Shown here: in pieces, positions 31,342 to 40,900 of the stretch
Position numbering within the stretch: position 1 is the first letter of the stretch
Layout: each line of letters begins with the position of its first letter
Source: Candidatus Pacearchaeota archaeon
GTDB taxonomy: Archaea > Nanobdellota > Nanobdellia > Pacearchaeales > GW2011-AR1
Length of the DNA: 50,806 bases
Reading direction: 5' to 3'
NCBI GenBank assembly: GCA_019662115.1
Contig: JAIFVW010000004.1
Span: 1 to 50,806, forward strand
Notes under the pieces: generated by a model
The model's database searches: none
Told to the model about the DNA's origin: nothing
What the model saw: only the letters and a program-made list of their open reading frames with translations
Program-made: the position numbers and the translations under genes

Positions 31342-31989
31342 ATCATTCTTTCTTATCCTGCGCAAAGAGTCCTCCACAGAGATTCGACCAGCTTCGTAAA
31401 TTGCCGATATAGTATTTGTTATAAATGGTATGAATGCTGAGAGTGCAAGGAGAGCTTTGTGATTTTCAGGTTTAATAATTGGATAATAATGATTTGCTAT
31501 CCCTGCTGCCGCCAGCACTAATCCATTCACAATGGTTCCAAACATTGCACCAGCAAAACCCCATGGAAAAACATCATCGATCTTTTTCAAATCATTTCTC
31601 TCGGTTGTGGGATAGATATAGAATCTAGGCAGATATTTCACAACAGCAAAAGTTGTGGACGCTATTGGAGCTAATGTTTCTAAAATGCTTATCTTCTCTC
31701 TTGCTGATGTATGGCTTATTTCAATATTTTTTTCCATAGTTTGAGATTTTTTTCTTAATTTTCCCGTAGTATGATAATGATTCCAGTCGTATTGCTTTAG
31801 TTTTTCAGTTTCTTCAGTAGTGAGTTGCCTAGGAGCAGAGCTCTTTTCTAAATCTTTTATTTGCTGTTCTCCTATATAAGAAACAGTCGGTTCTTGATAG
31901 ACGAGTTGAGATAGAGATTTCTCTTGATAAGACTCTTGCTCTTTCTGTTTTTCTGGCCTGTACATTAGTCCTTCGTCTTCTAGAGTCAT
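31324..31989 (-). CDS. Hypothetical membrane protein
   Basis: 221-aa ORF with a hydrophilic N-terminal half and C-terminal TM helices. Confidence 0.5.
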   Translation of the reverse strand: MTLEDEGLMYRPEKQKEQESYQEKSLSQLVYQEPTVSYIGEQQIKDLEKSSAPRQLTTEETEKLKQYDWNHYHTTGKLRKKSQTMEKNIEISHTSAREKISILETLAPIASTTFAVVKYLPRFYIYPTTERNDLKKIDDVFPWGFAGAMFGTIVNGLVLAAAGIANHYYPIIKPENHKALLALSAFIPFITNTISAIYEAGRISVEDSLRRIRKNDLNQSD

Positions 31990-32059
31990 ATAAATTCACT
32001 CTTGAAACCGTATTTAAATCTATCTCAAATAGATTTTAAAACTCCTATATGGATATATA

Positions 32060-32581
32060 ATGATGGAGATAAGTAAAGGCAGTGCTGAAGAGCTGGATGA
32101 TGCTCTTGAGAAGGAAAGTACAAGAAAGATAGAGGCTGCTTTGTTTATAGCAGGTAAATTCCTGAGCGTGCAGGAGCTTGTGACACTGACTGATGTAAAC
32201 CCTATTCTCTTAAAGAAGATACTTGAAGATTTAAAGGATGATTACAAGGATTCTGGAATTGAGATTGTGCAGAAGAATAATCTTTGGAAGATGGATGTTT
32301 CCCAGGACTATGTAGGAATTGTAAACAAGCTTGCAACAGGAAGCTCTGAATTTACCAAGGCAGAACAGGAGACATTGGCAATTATTGCATATAAGCAACC
32401 CATGAAGCAGTCTGTACTCATTAAAATACGAGGGAATAAGGCTTATGACCATATAAGGAAATTTGTCGAAATGGGACTCATAACCAAGAAGAGAGTAGGG
32501 CACACTGCCGAGCTCAACTTGTCAGAGTCGTTCTATGATTATTTCCACGTTAATAAACATGACGAACTGCCTCTAGAATGA
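32060..32581 (+). CDS. scpB: Segregation and condensation protein B (ScpB)
   Basis: Contains IEAALFIAGKFLSVQEL and ETLAIIAYKQPMKQSVLIKIRGNKAYDHIRKFVEMGLI. Confidence 0.75.
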   Translation: MMEISKGSAEELDDALEKESTRKIEAALFIAGKFLSVQELVTLTDVNPILLKKILEDLKDDYKDSGIEIVQKNNLWKMDVSQDYVGIVNKLATGSSEFTKAEQETLAIIAYKQPMKQSVLIKIRGNKAYDHIRKFVEMGLITKKRVGHTAELNLSESFYDYFHVNKHDELPLE

Positions 32582-33807
32582 ACTTTTTTACTGCTCTTTA
32601 TGCCGTAATGTTCTTCTTTGGACTTTTTTTGCTCTTATTATTCCTGCTTTTGCATTATAAAAACAAGGGCAAATTGAACTACTATCAAATCCCTAAGAGA
32701 TATCCAAGCGTTTCTATACTTATTCCTGCATATAATGAGGAAGACAGTTTAGAAAATACGGTTAAGGCTTTGTTAGCTCTTAACTATCCATCTAATAAGA
32801 AAGAGATCATAATACTTAATGATGGAAGCCGGGATGGAACAAAAGAGATTGCCGATAGGCTTTCAAGGAAACACAAGGAAGTTATTGTAATTAACAAGAA
32901 GAATTCTGGGAAGGCTGATTCCCTTAATCAGGGTATTGCAATAGCAAAAGGAGAACTAATTGCTGTTGTTGATGCAGACTCCTATCCCGAGCCGGATTCT
33001 CTGGCAAGAATGGTGGGGCATTTTGAAGACAAGAAAGTTGGCGCTGTAACATCAAGAGTGCTGGTAAAAAATAAGTCCAGTATTCTAGGAAGATTCCAGG
33101 TCATGGATTATTCTATTATTGCCTGGACAAGAAAGCTTCTGGACTTTATCGACTCTGTTTACGTTACAAATGGGCCTTTAAGTGTCTATAGAACCTCAGT
33201 TGTAAAGGATATTGGAGGATTTGACAAAAAGAATCTTACAGAGGATATTGAGATTACCTGGCATCTGCTTAGTAAAGGCTACAAGACAAAAATGTCGTAT
33301 TCTGCTATTGTTTATACTACTGTTCCTGAGTCGCTTAACATATGGATAAAGCAGAGGGTAAGATGGAATCTTGGAGGGCTGCAGACAGTCAACAAATACA
33401 AGAGTTATATATTGAGGAATCCAGGAGAAATGTTTGGAAGATTTGTTATTCCGTATGTTACATTGTCATTTGCGTTTGCAATCATAGGATTCCTTCTTCT
33501 TATCAGGTTGTTCTTTGTCAAGGGAGTCTTTCATGTCCTATCTTTGTATTATGCTCTGTATGGATATAATTATCTCAAATATCTTCAGTTTAATTTCTCA
33601 TTGACTTTTCTTCTTATTATAGGAGTCATATTCATCTGCTTTTCATTCTGGTACTATAATGTGGGATTTAAGAATTCTGAGACTGGCAACAAAAGTGTTT
33701 TAAAGATACTTTTATACGTTACTGTTTATAGGACGCTTTACATAATTCCATTAATTATTGCGCTCTACAAGCTTATCAAGGGAGACTTAGGATGGTATAC
33801 AAAATAG
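32578..33807 (+). CDS. Processive family-2 glycosyltransferase (chitin/cellulose/PNAG-synthase-like)
   Basis: Contains SILIPAYNEE, VVDADS, TEDIEIT and the QRVRW motif, plus N- and C-terminal TM helices. Confidence 0.8.
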   Translation: MNFFTALYAVMFFFGLFLLLLFLLLHYKNKGKLNYYQIPKRYPSVSILIPAYNEEDSLENTVKALLALNYPSNKKEIIILNDGSRDGTKEIADRLSRKHKEVIVINKKNSGKADSLNQGIAIAKGELIAVVDADSYPEPDSLARMVGHFEDKKVGAVTSRVLVKNKSSILGRFQVMDYSIIAWTRKLLDFIDSVYVTNGPLSVYRTSVVKDIGGFDKKNLTEDIEITWHLLSKGYKTKMSYSAIVYTTVPESLNIWIKQRVRWNLGGLQTVNKYKSYILRNPGEMFGRFVIPYVTLSFAFAIIGFLLLIRLFFVKGVFHVLSLYYALYGYNYLKYLQFNFSLTFLLIIGVIFICFSFWYYNVGFKNSETGNKSVLKILLYVTVYRTLYIIPLIIALYKLIKGDLGWYTK

Positions 33808-34466
33808 TTTCAGCAAGGTACGGAATTTTCGTTGAATCCCTAGTGTTAGCCACGATTATATTCATAATTGGGTTTTCCATTGGATATTATATAGAGTCCT
33901 ATCGAGCCTCAAGCATTAGTCTCGATTATAAGAGCCAGGAGGTCCAGGCTCTAGATATCAGACTGCAAAGTGACAATATCAAGACTTTAAACAAAAGTAT
34001 GTGTGATGCAGCCGTTGAGCAGAACTTTATCCTTGCCGATAAGATATATGATACAGGGCTTACGTTACAAAAGTATGAGGAAGCAAGCCAGATAACTGAT
34101 GATTTAGTTATTGAAAAGAAAAAGTATGTACTTCTTAAGACTGAGTTATGGATGAATTCAATCAGGCTTAAGGAAAAGTGCGATACTCCATTTGACACGG
34201 TTGTATACTTCTATTCTGGAACTGCATCTGACGCTCCAACTGTAAGCGAACAGCAGATTATTTCAAACATACTCAAGAGCATCAAGGAAAAGAAGGGGAA
34301 TAAAATAATTCTTCTTCCTATTGCGGGAGATCTTGATCTTGATTCTGTTAGTTTCCAGATGAAAGTTTATAATGTTACCTCCCTTCCAAGCATTCTTATC
34401 AATGAAAAGACTGTTCTCAATGGATTCCACAGTGAAGAAGAGGTAGAATCCCATCTTCAATACTAG
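33792..34466 (+). CDS. Membrane-anchored hypothetical protein, overlapping the GT2 gene by 16 nt
   Basis: One N-terminal TM, then a soluble domain of about 190 aa with no recognised motif. Confidence 0.5.
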   Translation: MVYKIVSARYGIFVESLVLATIIFIIGFSIGYYIESYRASSISLDYKSQEVQALDIRLQSDNIKTLNKSMCDAAVEQNFILADKIYDTGLTLQKYEEASQITDDLVIEKKKYVLLKTELWMNSIRLKEKCDTPFDTVVYFYSGTASDAPTVSEQQIISNILKSIKEKKGNKIILLPIAGDLDLDSVSFQMKVYNVTSLPSILINEKTVLNGFHSEEEVESHLQY

Positions 34467-34513
34467 TGCTGAAGTGCAGTAAAGAATAAAAAGGCTTTTT
34501 AGCTTGATTTTTT

Positions 34514-35071
34514 ATGATTGATTTCATGCCTGGGGAAAAAATGGTCGATGCAATAGAAGAGGGAAAGATAGTTAGTGTATCTGAGTCTTATGCAAAGAAA
34601 GAAGGATTGATGATTCTTAGGAAGCCAAAGATAGGATATACAGCACAGGACCTTGCTGAGAGATCTATGCGAAGAAGAAAAGAGGATGAAAGGGACATGA
34701 AATTCGGGATAGATAATTTCCGAAAGCCTCTTGGATGGACAAAGAATCAGGTTGTAGGGGAATTAGTTGATAATTTCCATTGGGAGATTGTTTCTGCAAG
34801 AAAAAGAAAGAATATGACAAGGAAGCAGGTTGCTGATGCCCTTCATGAACCTGAAAATTCAATCAAGATGCTTGAGAACGGCCTTTTGCCTGCAAACGAC
34901 TTTATTCTTATTAACAAGATTCAGAGCTTCTACAGGATTAACCTTAGAAAGGATGGAAGGGATTTTCAGAAATCCGCTAGAAGCCTTGTAAAGCCATCAG
35001 AAAAGATTGAAGAGGCCAAAGAGGAGCCTACAGATCTTCCGGGCGGAGACATTCAGATTCTGGATGATTAA
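34514..35071 (+). CDS. XRE/Cro-type HTH protein (similar to the MBF1 C-terminal domain)
   Basis: ARKRKNMTRKQVADALHEPENSIKMLENG. Confidence 0.55.
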   Translation: MIDFMPGEKMVDAIEEGKIVSVSESYAKKEGLMILRKPKIGYTAQDLAERSMRRRKEDERDMKFGIDNFRKPLGWTKNQVVGELVDNFHWEIVSARKRKNMTRKQVADALHEPENSIKMLENGLLPANDFILINKIQSFYRINLRKDGRDFQKSARSLVKPSEKIEEAKEEPTDLPGGDIQILDD

Positions 35072-35072
35072 T

Positions 35073-35321
35073 ATGGGCTTAAAAGAAGAATTTTTGAGGG
35101 AGTTTAATCAATTTAAGAGAGACTCTTTAGACTACGCACATGTTTCTTCCCCTCCAAATTATAATACCTGTGCAAGCTATAGAAACATCCTAGCTATGGG
35201 AAAGGATGTTTTGCCTCTTTTGGAGGAGGCAAAGAGCTATGACAGCTCAAAAGATTTTGCCTTGCATATTGTTCAGACTCGGGGATTGCCTTCCCTTGTA
35301 GAAAGGATTTCCAGTTCTTAG
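35073..35321 (+). CDS. Hypothetical protein (82 aa)
   Basis: The ATG lies 1 nt after the upstream stop. The longer track ORF (from 35007) overlaps the upstream gene. Confidence 0.4.
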   Translation: MGLKEEFLREFNQFKRDSLDYAHVSSPPNYNTCASYRNILAMGKDVLPLLEEAKSYDSSKDFALHIVQTRGLPSLVERISSS

Positions 35322-35363
35322 CCCATTCGTTAGATTTATAAATGCTTTTTGATAGGTATTTTT

Positions 35364-35618
35364 ATGAATATTGATGTTGTCAAATCTGAGAAAAACGAGC
35401 TTGAGATAAAGATTGATAATCTTACTGTTGCAGAAATAATTAGAGTTTATCTTAATGAGCAGGGAATTGAGTTCGCTGCATGGAGAAGGGAACACCCTAC
35501 AAAGCCTGCTATTCTTAAGATTGAAAGCTCAGGAAGCACAGTAAAGAAGGCTGTAAGCGATGCCATTGCAGCTATACAGAAAGATCTTGGAAAAGTAAGC
35601 TCTGCTTTGAAGAAATAA
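35364..35618 (+). CDS. rpoL: DNA-directed RNA polymerase subunit L (Rpo11)
   Basis: MNIDVVKSEKNELEIKIDNLTVAEIIRVYLNEQGIEFAAWRREHPTKPAILKIES. Confidence 0.7.
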   Translation: MNIDVVKSEKNELEIKIDNLTVAEIIRVYLNEQGIEFAAWRREHPTKPAILKIESSGSTVKKAVSDAIAAIQKDLGKVSSALKK

Positions 35619-35629
35619 AGGTCAATTTC

Positions 35630-36037
35630 TTAAAATTCGTAAACTTCTTTTGATCCGTATTTTCTTCCGATAATCCTTAATTTTATAATTTCTGCTTCTA
35701 GTACTTCTTTAGGCGCACGCGCCATAGTAAGACATAGGCCATTAGCTGTTGATTCATTAACAATATTGTGCTCTTCCTCGAGATCTTTTAACACTTCTTG
35801 TATACACCTATATGCGCTAGGGTTAACCATTTCGCTTTTTGTGTAAATTGTTCCTCCACGGGGGTCTTTGATTTGTGAGGAGCGGCTTTTCCTATGTAAG
35901 AGTGCTTCATATTTTATTGAATTATCTATATGGGATATTTCGATACAAGCATCCATAGAATATCCAACTCCAGATTCTGCTCTTTCATTTAGAAAGGGTA
36001 GTGTTGCCTGAATTTTTTCCACAATGTCTGCTAACAT
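35630..36037 (-). CDS. Hypothetical protein
   Basis: 135-aa ORF with no recognised motif. Confidence 0.45.
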   Translation of the reverse strand: MLADIVEKIQATLPFLNERAESGVGYSMDACIEISHIDNSIKYEALLHRKSRSSQIKDPRGGTIYTKSEMVNPSAYRCIQEVLKDLEEEHNIVNESTANGLCLTMARAPKEVLEAEIIKLRIIGRKYGSKEVYEF

Positions 36038-36152
36038 ATTATTGTAGAACTATAGGGGTATAAAAATAATATGACGATCAAACATAGATATTCTTATTTA
36101 TGAATCGACACCTTTATTAACTGGTTTTTGCTTACGCTTGGAATGGAGGTGT

Positions 36153-36395
36153 ATGATGTGCAAGTGTGTTATTTGTGAGGCGATACTGGGAGCGATTATA
36201 TTAATCACAGTTATATGGCAGGGAATGCCATGGTCGCAGGGAATGCCATGGTCTGGATCTCAGTGGGTCATTGCTATTGCAGCTGTTGTCCTTATCCTTC
36301 ATTCATTCATGTATAAGAATTGTATATGCGCTAGTTGCTGGGGAAAGCATAATGAGATGATGGATATGAAGCAGATGCCTAAGAAAAGGAGATAA
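36153..36395 (+). CDS. Small Cys-rich two-TM membrane protein containing an 18-nt tandem repeat
   Basis: GGAGGTG (36145-36151) precedes the ATG at 36153. The protein begins MMCKCVICE and contains GMPWSQGMPWSG. Confidence 0.55.
   Translation: MMCKCVICEAILGAIILITVIWQGMPWSQGMPWSGSQWVIAIAAVVLILHSFMYKNCICASCWGKHNEMMDMKQMPKKRR
36219..36254 (+). repeat. 18-nt tandem repeat, two copies (cagggaatgccatggtcg / cagggaatgccatggtct)
   Basis: Read directly from the sequence; one mismatch, at the last base. Confidence 0.95.
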
Positions 36396-36455
36396 TTCTC
36401 CAAATATTTTTATTTTTTCCTATAATCTTATATAGTTTTCTTTCATTATTCTTGT

Positions 36456-37142
36456 ATGGCTAAGATATCTGCGGGAAGTTACGATCTTAACAAGTGGCTT
36501 TTTGGTGGCTATGAAGAAGAAGTTGTAACTGTGCTCTATGGCGGTTCTGGAACGGGAAAGACCACCTTCTGTCTGCTTGCCGCAGTTTCCCAGGCAAAGA
36601 AAGGGAACAAGGTGATTTATGTTGATACTGAAGGGGGCTTCAGTGTTGAAAGAGTCAAGCAGCTCGCTCCTGAAAATTCACAGGAGGTATTAAAGAATAT
36701 TCTTCTGTTGAAACCTACCAACTTTCAGGAACAGAAGAAAGCGTTTGAGACTTTATTGGAGCATGTAAAGGACGAAACAAGCCTGATTGTTGTTGATGGA
36801 CTTACAATGCTTTATCGCCTAGATTTTGCCACAGCTAGAGAGAAAGATGTTGAAGAGATACAGAAAATTAATGCTGAACTTGTTCGCCAGATTAGAACCC
36901 TTGCGGAGATTGCGAGAAAGAGGAGTATTCCAGTGATTGTTACAAGCCAGGTATATAGATGGGATGATGTCGACAAGATTGTTGGAGGAGATATCCTAAG
37001 GTACTGGGGGAAAAGCCTGATTGAGTTGACGAATGATAAGGGCAAGAGAACGGCTTATTTAAGAAAACACAGAAGCCTGCCTGAAAAAGAGCTTCAGTTT
37101 CAGATTGTGAATGAAGGCGTGAAGAAGCGCGGCTGGATTTAA
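36456..37142 (+). CDS. radB: RadB recombinase paralog (RecA/RadA family without the N-terminal HhH domain)
   Basis: 228 aa, with Walker A GGSGTGKTT and Walker B LIVVDGL. Confidence 0.8.
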   Translation: MAKISAGSYDLNKWLFGGYEEEVVTVLYGGSGTGKTTFCLLAAVSQAKKGNKVIYVDTEGGFSVERVKQLAPENSQEVLKNILLLKPTNFQEQKKAFETLLEHVKDETSLIVVDGLTMLYRLDFATAREKDVEEIQKINAELVRQIRTLAEIARKRSIPVIVTSQVYRWDDVDKIVGGDILRYWGKSLIELTNDKGKRTAYLRKHRSLPEKELQFQIVNEGVKKRGWI

Positions 37143-37176
37143 CAAGGATTAAATATCTTGATTTCTGTTAGATGGC

Positions 37177-38868
37177 ATGTTGTACTCAGAATTTGTTGAA
37201 GTATATGAAGCGCTTGCAAAAACTTCTAAGAGGCTAGAGAAAGAAAAAATACTTGCACATTTTTTGAAAAAACTCAAGGACAAAGACGATCCAAAGTGGA
37301 TTTATCTTCTTCAGGGGAAAGTTGTTCCTGAATATGATCCTAGAGAGTTTGGAATATCCAGGCAGCTTGCAATAAAAGCTATTCATGCAGGCCTAGGTGT
37401 TTCTGAAGCTGAGATAAACAAGCAATTTAACAAAATAGGAGATATAGGAGAGATAGCTGAGATGTTTGTTGCAAAGAAAAAGCAGTCATCTTTATTTTCC
37501 TCCAAGTTGCAAGTAGCAAAAGTATTTGATAATCTTACCAAGATTATGACAATTGAGGGAAAGGGATCTGTGGAAAGGAAATTGGCTTTTGTTTCTGAGC
37601 TTTTAGGATCTGCTTCCGGACTTGAAGCAAAATATATTGTTAGGACACTATTGAACGATTTACGCATAGGAGTTGCACAAGGGATTTTGCGTGACTCCTT
37701 GTCTGAAGCATTTTTTCCCGGAGAAAAAAATGAGATGGCTGAAAAGATTGAAGAGGTGTATGATTTAGTTAATGACTTGGCAATTATTTTTGAGGCTGCT
37801 TCTAAGGGTAAAAAGGCTATTGAAAAGGTAGAGATTGTACCTGGAAGGCCTGTCAAAGTAATGCTTCCTGTGAAAGTCTCTGCTATTGAGGAGGCGTTTG
37901 AAATTTGCGGAAAACCTGCAGCCTTAGAGCATAAGTATGACGGATTCCGAATGATGATTAACAAGAATGGAAAAGAAATAAGCCTTTTCACGCGAAAGCT
38001 CGAAAACGTTACAAAACAATTTCCCGATGCTGTTGAATCCGTAAAATCACATATAAAAGGCGATAGCTTTATTCTTGATTGCGAGGCTGTCGGCTATGAC
38101 CCTAAGACAAATAAATACAAGCCCTTTGAGGCCATAAGCCAGAGAATTAAAAGAAAGTATGACATAGATCTTCTGATAAAAAAATTGCCTGTAGAGCTGA
38201 ATATTTTTGATATTTTATATTACAATGGAAAAAGTCTTATTGAAATGCCTTTTTTTGAAAGAAGAAAGCTGCTTGAGAAAATAGTCAGCACAGAGAAATG
38301 GAAGATAAGGACTTCATTCCAGCTGATTACTGATAGTGAGGAAAAAGCCAAGGAGTTTTATGAGCATGCACTTGAAATAGGGGAGGAAGGAATAATGATA
38401 AAGAAGCTCGATGCTCCCTACAAGCAGGGCAGAAGAGTAGGATATATAGTAAAATTGAAGCCTTTAGTTGCTGATCTAGACCTTGTGATCGTCGGAGCGG
38501 AATATGGGTCTGGAAAGAGAGGAGGATGGCTTACAAGCTACATTGTTGCTTGCAGGTCTAATGGAGACTTTGTCGAAGTGGGAAAGGTTTCTTCAGGATT
38601 GAAGGAAAAAGGAGATGAGGGAACAAGTTATGATGAGATGACAAAACTGCTTAAGCCTTTGATCTTAGAAACCAAGGGAAATTATGTAAAAGTTTCTCCA
38701 AAAATCGTTGTTTCAGTAACTTATCAGAACATTCAAAAGAGTCCTAGCTACAGTTCAGGATATGCAATGAGGTTTCCAAGGATTACACATTACAGGCCTG
38801 ATAGGAAGACACATGACATTGCAACACTAAATGATATAGAGAAAGAAGCCAGGAGCATGATCAGATAA
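37177..38868 (+). CDS. lig: ATP-dependent DNA ligase
   Basis: Adenylation motif I EHKYDGFR, plus EGIMIKK and the conserved C-terminal OB-fold region. Confidence 0.9.
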   Translation: MLYSEFVEVYEALAKTSKRLEKEKILAHFLKKLKDKDDPKWIYLLQGKVVPEYDPREFGISRQLAIKAIHAGLGVSEAEINKQFNKIGDIGEIAEMFVAKKKQSSLFSSKLQVAKVFDNLTKIMTIEGKGSVERKLAFVSELLGSASGLEAKYIVRTLLNDLRIGVAQGILRDSLSEAFFPGEKNEMAEKIEEVYDLVNDLAIIFEAASKGKKAIEKVEIVPGRPVKVMLPVKVSAIEEAFEICGKPAALEHKYDGFRMMINKNGKEISLFTRKLENVTKQFPDAVESVKSHIKGDSFILDCEAVGYDPKTNKYKPFEAISQRIKRKYDIDLLIKKLPVELNIFDILYYNGKSLIEMPFFERRKLLEKIVSTEKWKIRTSFQLITDSEEKAKEFYEHALEIGEEGIMIKKLDAPYKQGRRVGYIVKLKPLVADLDLVIVGAEYGSGKRGGWLTSYIVACRSNGDFVEVGKVSSGLKEKGDEGTSYDEMTKLLKPLILETKGNYVKVSPKIVVSVTYQNIQKSPSYSSGYAMRFPRITHYRPDRKTHDIATLNDIEKEARSMIR

Positions 38869-39077
38869 TGGAGCAGAAATATTTTCCCCTGATTTTTTTC
38901 ATAGTGTCATTTCTTATCGTAGGGGCGCTTGCCTTTGCATACAAATTTGTTGCTGATAGGCCTTATGCAGGCAACTCGCTCACCATAATATGGGCCTCTC
39001 TGATTTTCCTTTTTATCATAATAGGAGTTATTGCAATATCCATATTCTATTCTCATTTAGAGAGGAAAAATCAATAA
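38868..39077 (+). CDS. Small two-TM membrane protein
   Basis: 69-aa hydrophobic ORF whose ATG overlaps the ligase stop codon by 1 nt (TAATG at 38866-38870). Confidence 0.45.
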   Translation: MEQKYFPLIFFIVSFLIVGALAFAYKFVADRPYAGNSLTIIWASLIFLFIIIGVIAISIFYSHLERKNQ

Positions 39078-39146
39078 AAAGAGATTAGGGAAAGCTTTAT
39101 AAATGAAAACGGCTTTATAAATAGATAAAATTGTTTTATCGCCTCA

Positions 39147-39704
39147 ATGACTGATTCCAAATCTAACCTTAAGGTACAAAATATCGTTGCCACCACATCG
39201 CTTGGGAAACCGATTTCTTTGACTAAACTTGCTCGTACGCAGAGCAACACAGAGTATAATCCAGAGCAGTTTCCAGGTTTGGTGCTAAGGATAAAAAAGC
39301 CAAAATCTGCTGTCCTAGTCTTTTCTTCAGGAAATCTTGTTTGCACAGGCACTAAGAGTGTTGCCCAGGTAAAAGAGGTAATTGATGCTGTTATCAAGCA
39401 GATAGCAAAAATAGGAGTTAAGATAACTGACAAGCCTAAAATAACAGTACAGAATATTGTGGCCTCTGGAAGCATTGATTATAATCTTAACCTTAATCTT
39501 CTTGCATTGCAGCTTGAGAACACAGAGTACGAGCCTGAGCAGTTTCCTGGATTAGTCTACAAGCTTGTTGAGCCTACTGCGACATTCCTATTATTCTCAA
39601 ACGGTAAACTTGTTTGCACAGGGACAAAGAACAAGCAGCAGCTTGAAGACGCAATGGTCCAGCTTAACAGAAATATTAAGGAAGCTACAAAGAAAGAGAC
39701 TTAA
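39147..39704 (+). CDS. tbp: TATA-box binding protein
   Basis: Two direct repeats: VQNIVATTSL...YNPEQFPGLVLRI...SGNLVCTGTKS and VQNIVASGSI...YEPEQFPGLVYKL...NGKLVCTGTKN. Confidence 0.95.
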   Translation: MTDSKSNLKVQNIVATTSLGKPISLTKLARTQSNTEYNPEQFPGLVLRIKKPKSAVLVFSSGNLVCTGTKSVAQVKEVIDAVIKQIAKIGVKITDKPKITVQNIVASGSIDYNLNLNLLALQLENTEYEPEQFPGLVYKLVEPTATFLLFSNGKLVCTGTKNKQQLEDAMVQLNRNIKEATKKET

Positions 39705-40861
39705 AAGAACTGAGATAATCTTCTTTGTTTTCCATAATTCTTCAAAAGAACCGATTTTTCTTTAAAATAATTTATAGGAATTCTAAGCCTTGATTGAATT
39801 GCATTGAATGCTTCTTCTTGTGTTGCAAATGTTTCTGGCTTTTTGCTAAAGGCATCTCTTGATATCTGTCTTAGAATTCCAACACCAAGGGGAGCGTAAT
39901 ATTCCGGCCTTATTTCCCTTATTACAATGCATATACATTGACGCTTTATCTTTTCTAAGTATTCAGCAAGAGCGAGACGGTTTGCATAGTATGCTCCTAC
40001 AACTTCTTCTGCATACTTTTTTCTAGGAAAGAATGTTTCATAGTCGTGCCATGCCTGGAAATTCTTCATTGATATTTCAATTACTTCAAAGGAAAATTTT
40101 TCAGGAAGCAGAAGAAATTCATAATGGTTCCCCAGATACTCTGCATTGAATAGCTGTATTTCACCAAGCTCCTGGAATGTTCTTATTCTTTTCAACTTTT
40201 CTTTTCCAAGAGTGTCATCAACTGCTGTAATGGACCATCTTGTAGGGACTAGCTTTCTGTCTTTTTTCATTCCAAGCAAGCCCGCTGAGAGTATTTTCAT
40301 CATGGTGGTTGATGGAATTCCAGACTTTTCTAGCTCTATTAATGCAGTCTTTGACTTTACCTCCACATCATTAACAAGATAATCAACTTTTGGCTTTATT
40401 TGAGGGTTTTCCTGAAGCCTTACTTTTTCTACTTCTGCCGCATGTGAAATGAGAGGTACTTTAGTATCATTCTCTTCATTCTTTTTTATAGCCTTTTTTA
40501 ACTTGAATTCTGTTGCAATAGACTTGTGAGTCATAGCAACTTCCTGCATAACTCCAAGAAACTGCTCCTGTAGTCTTTTAATATTGGTTTGTGCTCTCCC
40601 ATAGATTAGCTTATTTCTTAATTCAAGAATATCTGGAATAGGGAGTTTCTTTTCATGCCACTCTTCTACTGATGACATAATTTGAGTGTCGCCATGCTCT
40701 TGCGGACTTAGTATCCCTGCATAGACATTAGGATAATTCCACCTTCCTACAAATATTTCAGGAGGTGAAGAACCTGAGAATTCCTTTATCTTTACGGTTT
40801 TTCCAATTAGGAATCCATGCTTCCTACAGTTTTCCTCTCCGCAAACTTTACAGTATGTCAT
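39701..40861 (-). CDS. nreA: NreA-like archaeal DNA repair protein (Nre family)
   Basis: N-terminal Cys cluster CKVCGEENCRKH and SSPPEIFVGRWNYPNVYAGILSP. Length about 390 aa. Confidence 0.6.
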   Translation of the reverse strand: MTYCKVCGEENCRKHGFLIGKTVKIKEFSGSSPPEIFVGRWNYPNVYAGILSPQEHGDTQIMSSVEEWHEKKLPIPDILELRNKLIYGRAQTNIKRLQEQFLGVMQEVAMTHKSIATEFKLKKAIKKNEENDTKVPLISHAAEVEKVRLQENPQIKPKVDYLVNDVEVKSKTALIELEKSGIPSTTMMKILSAGLLGMKKDRKLVPTRWSITAVDDTLGKEKLKRIRTFQELGEIQLFNAEYLGNHYEFLLLPEKFSFEVIEISMKNFQAWHDYETFFPRKKYAEEVVGAYYANRLALAEYLEKIKRQCICIVIREIRPEYYAPLGVGILRQISRDAFSKKPETFATQEEAFNAIQSRLRIPINYFKEKSVLLKNYGKQRRLSQFF

Positions 40862-40900
40862 TAAAGAAGAAGGAGGCAGAACTATATATTAATTTAGAAA

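Noticed and set aside
37383-37991. 202-aa minus-strand ORF inside the DNA ligase gene, and similar long antisense or off-frame ORFs (25892-26422 in uppP, 39071-39475 in tbp, 30253-30717 in the rhomboid gene, 24524-24859 in leuS, 16151-16519 in the wHTH-Nudix gene)
   Set aside because: Each overlaps a gene with unmistakable family motifs on the other strand or frame. Their translations are Ser/Phe/Leu-rich low-complexity sequence typical of shadow ORFs.
39147-39704. Internal direct repeat in the TBP gene as a possible recent duplication
   Set aside because: The two-repeat saddle structure is the normal ancient architecture of every TBP. The repeats are diverged at the nucleotide level.
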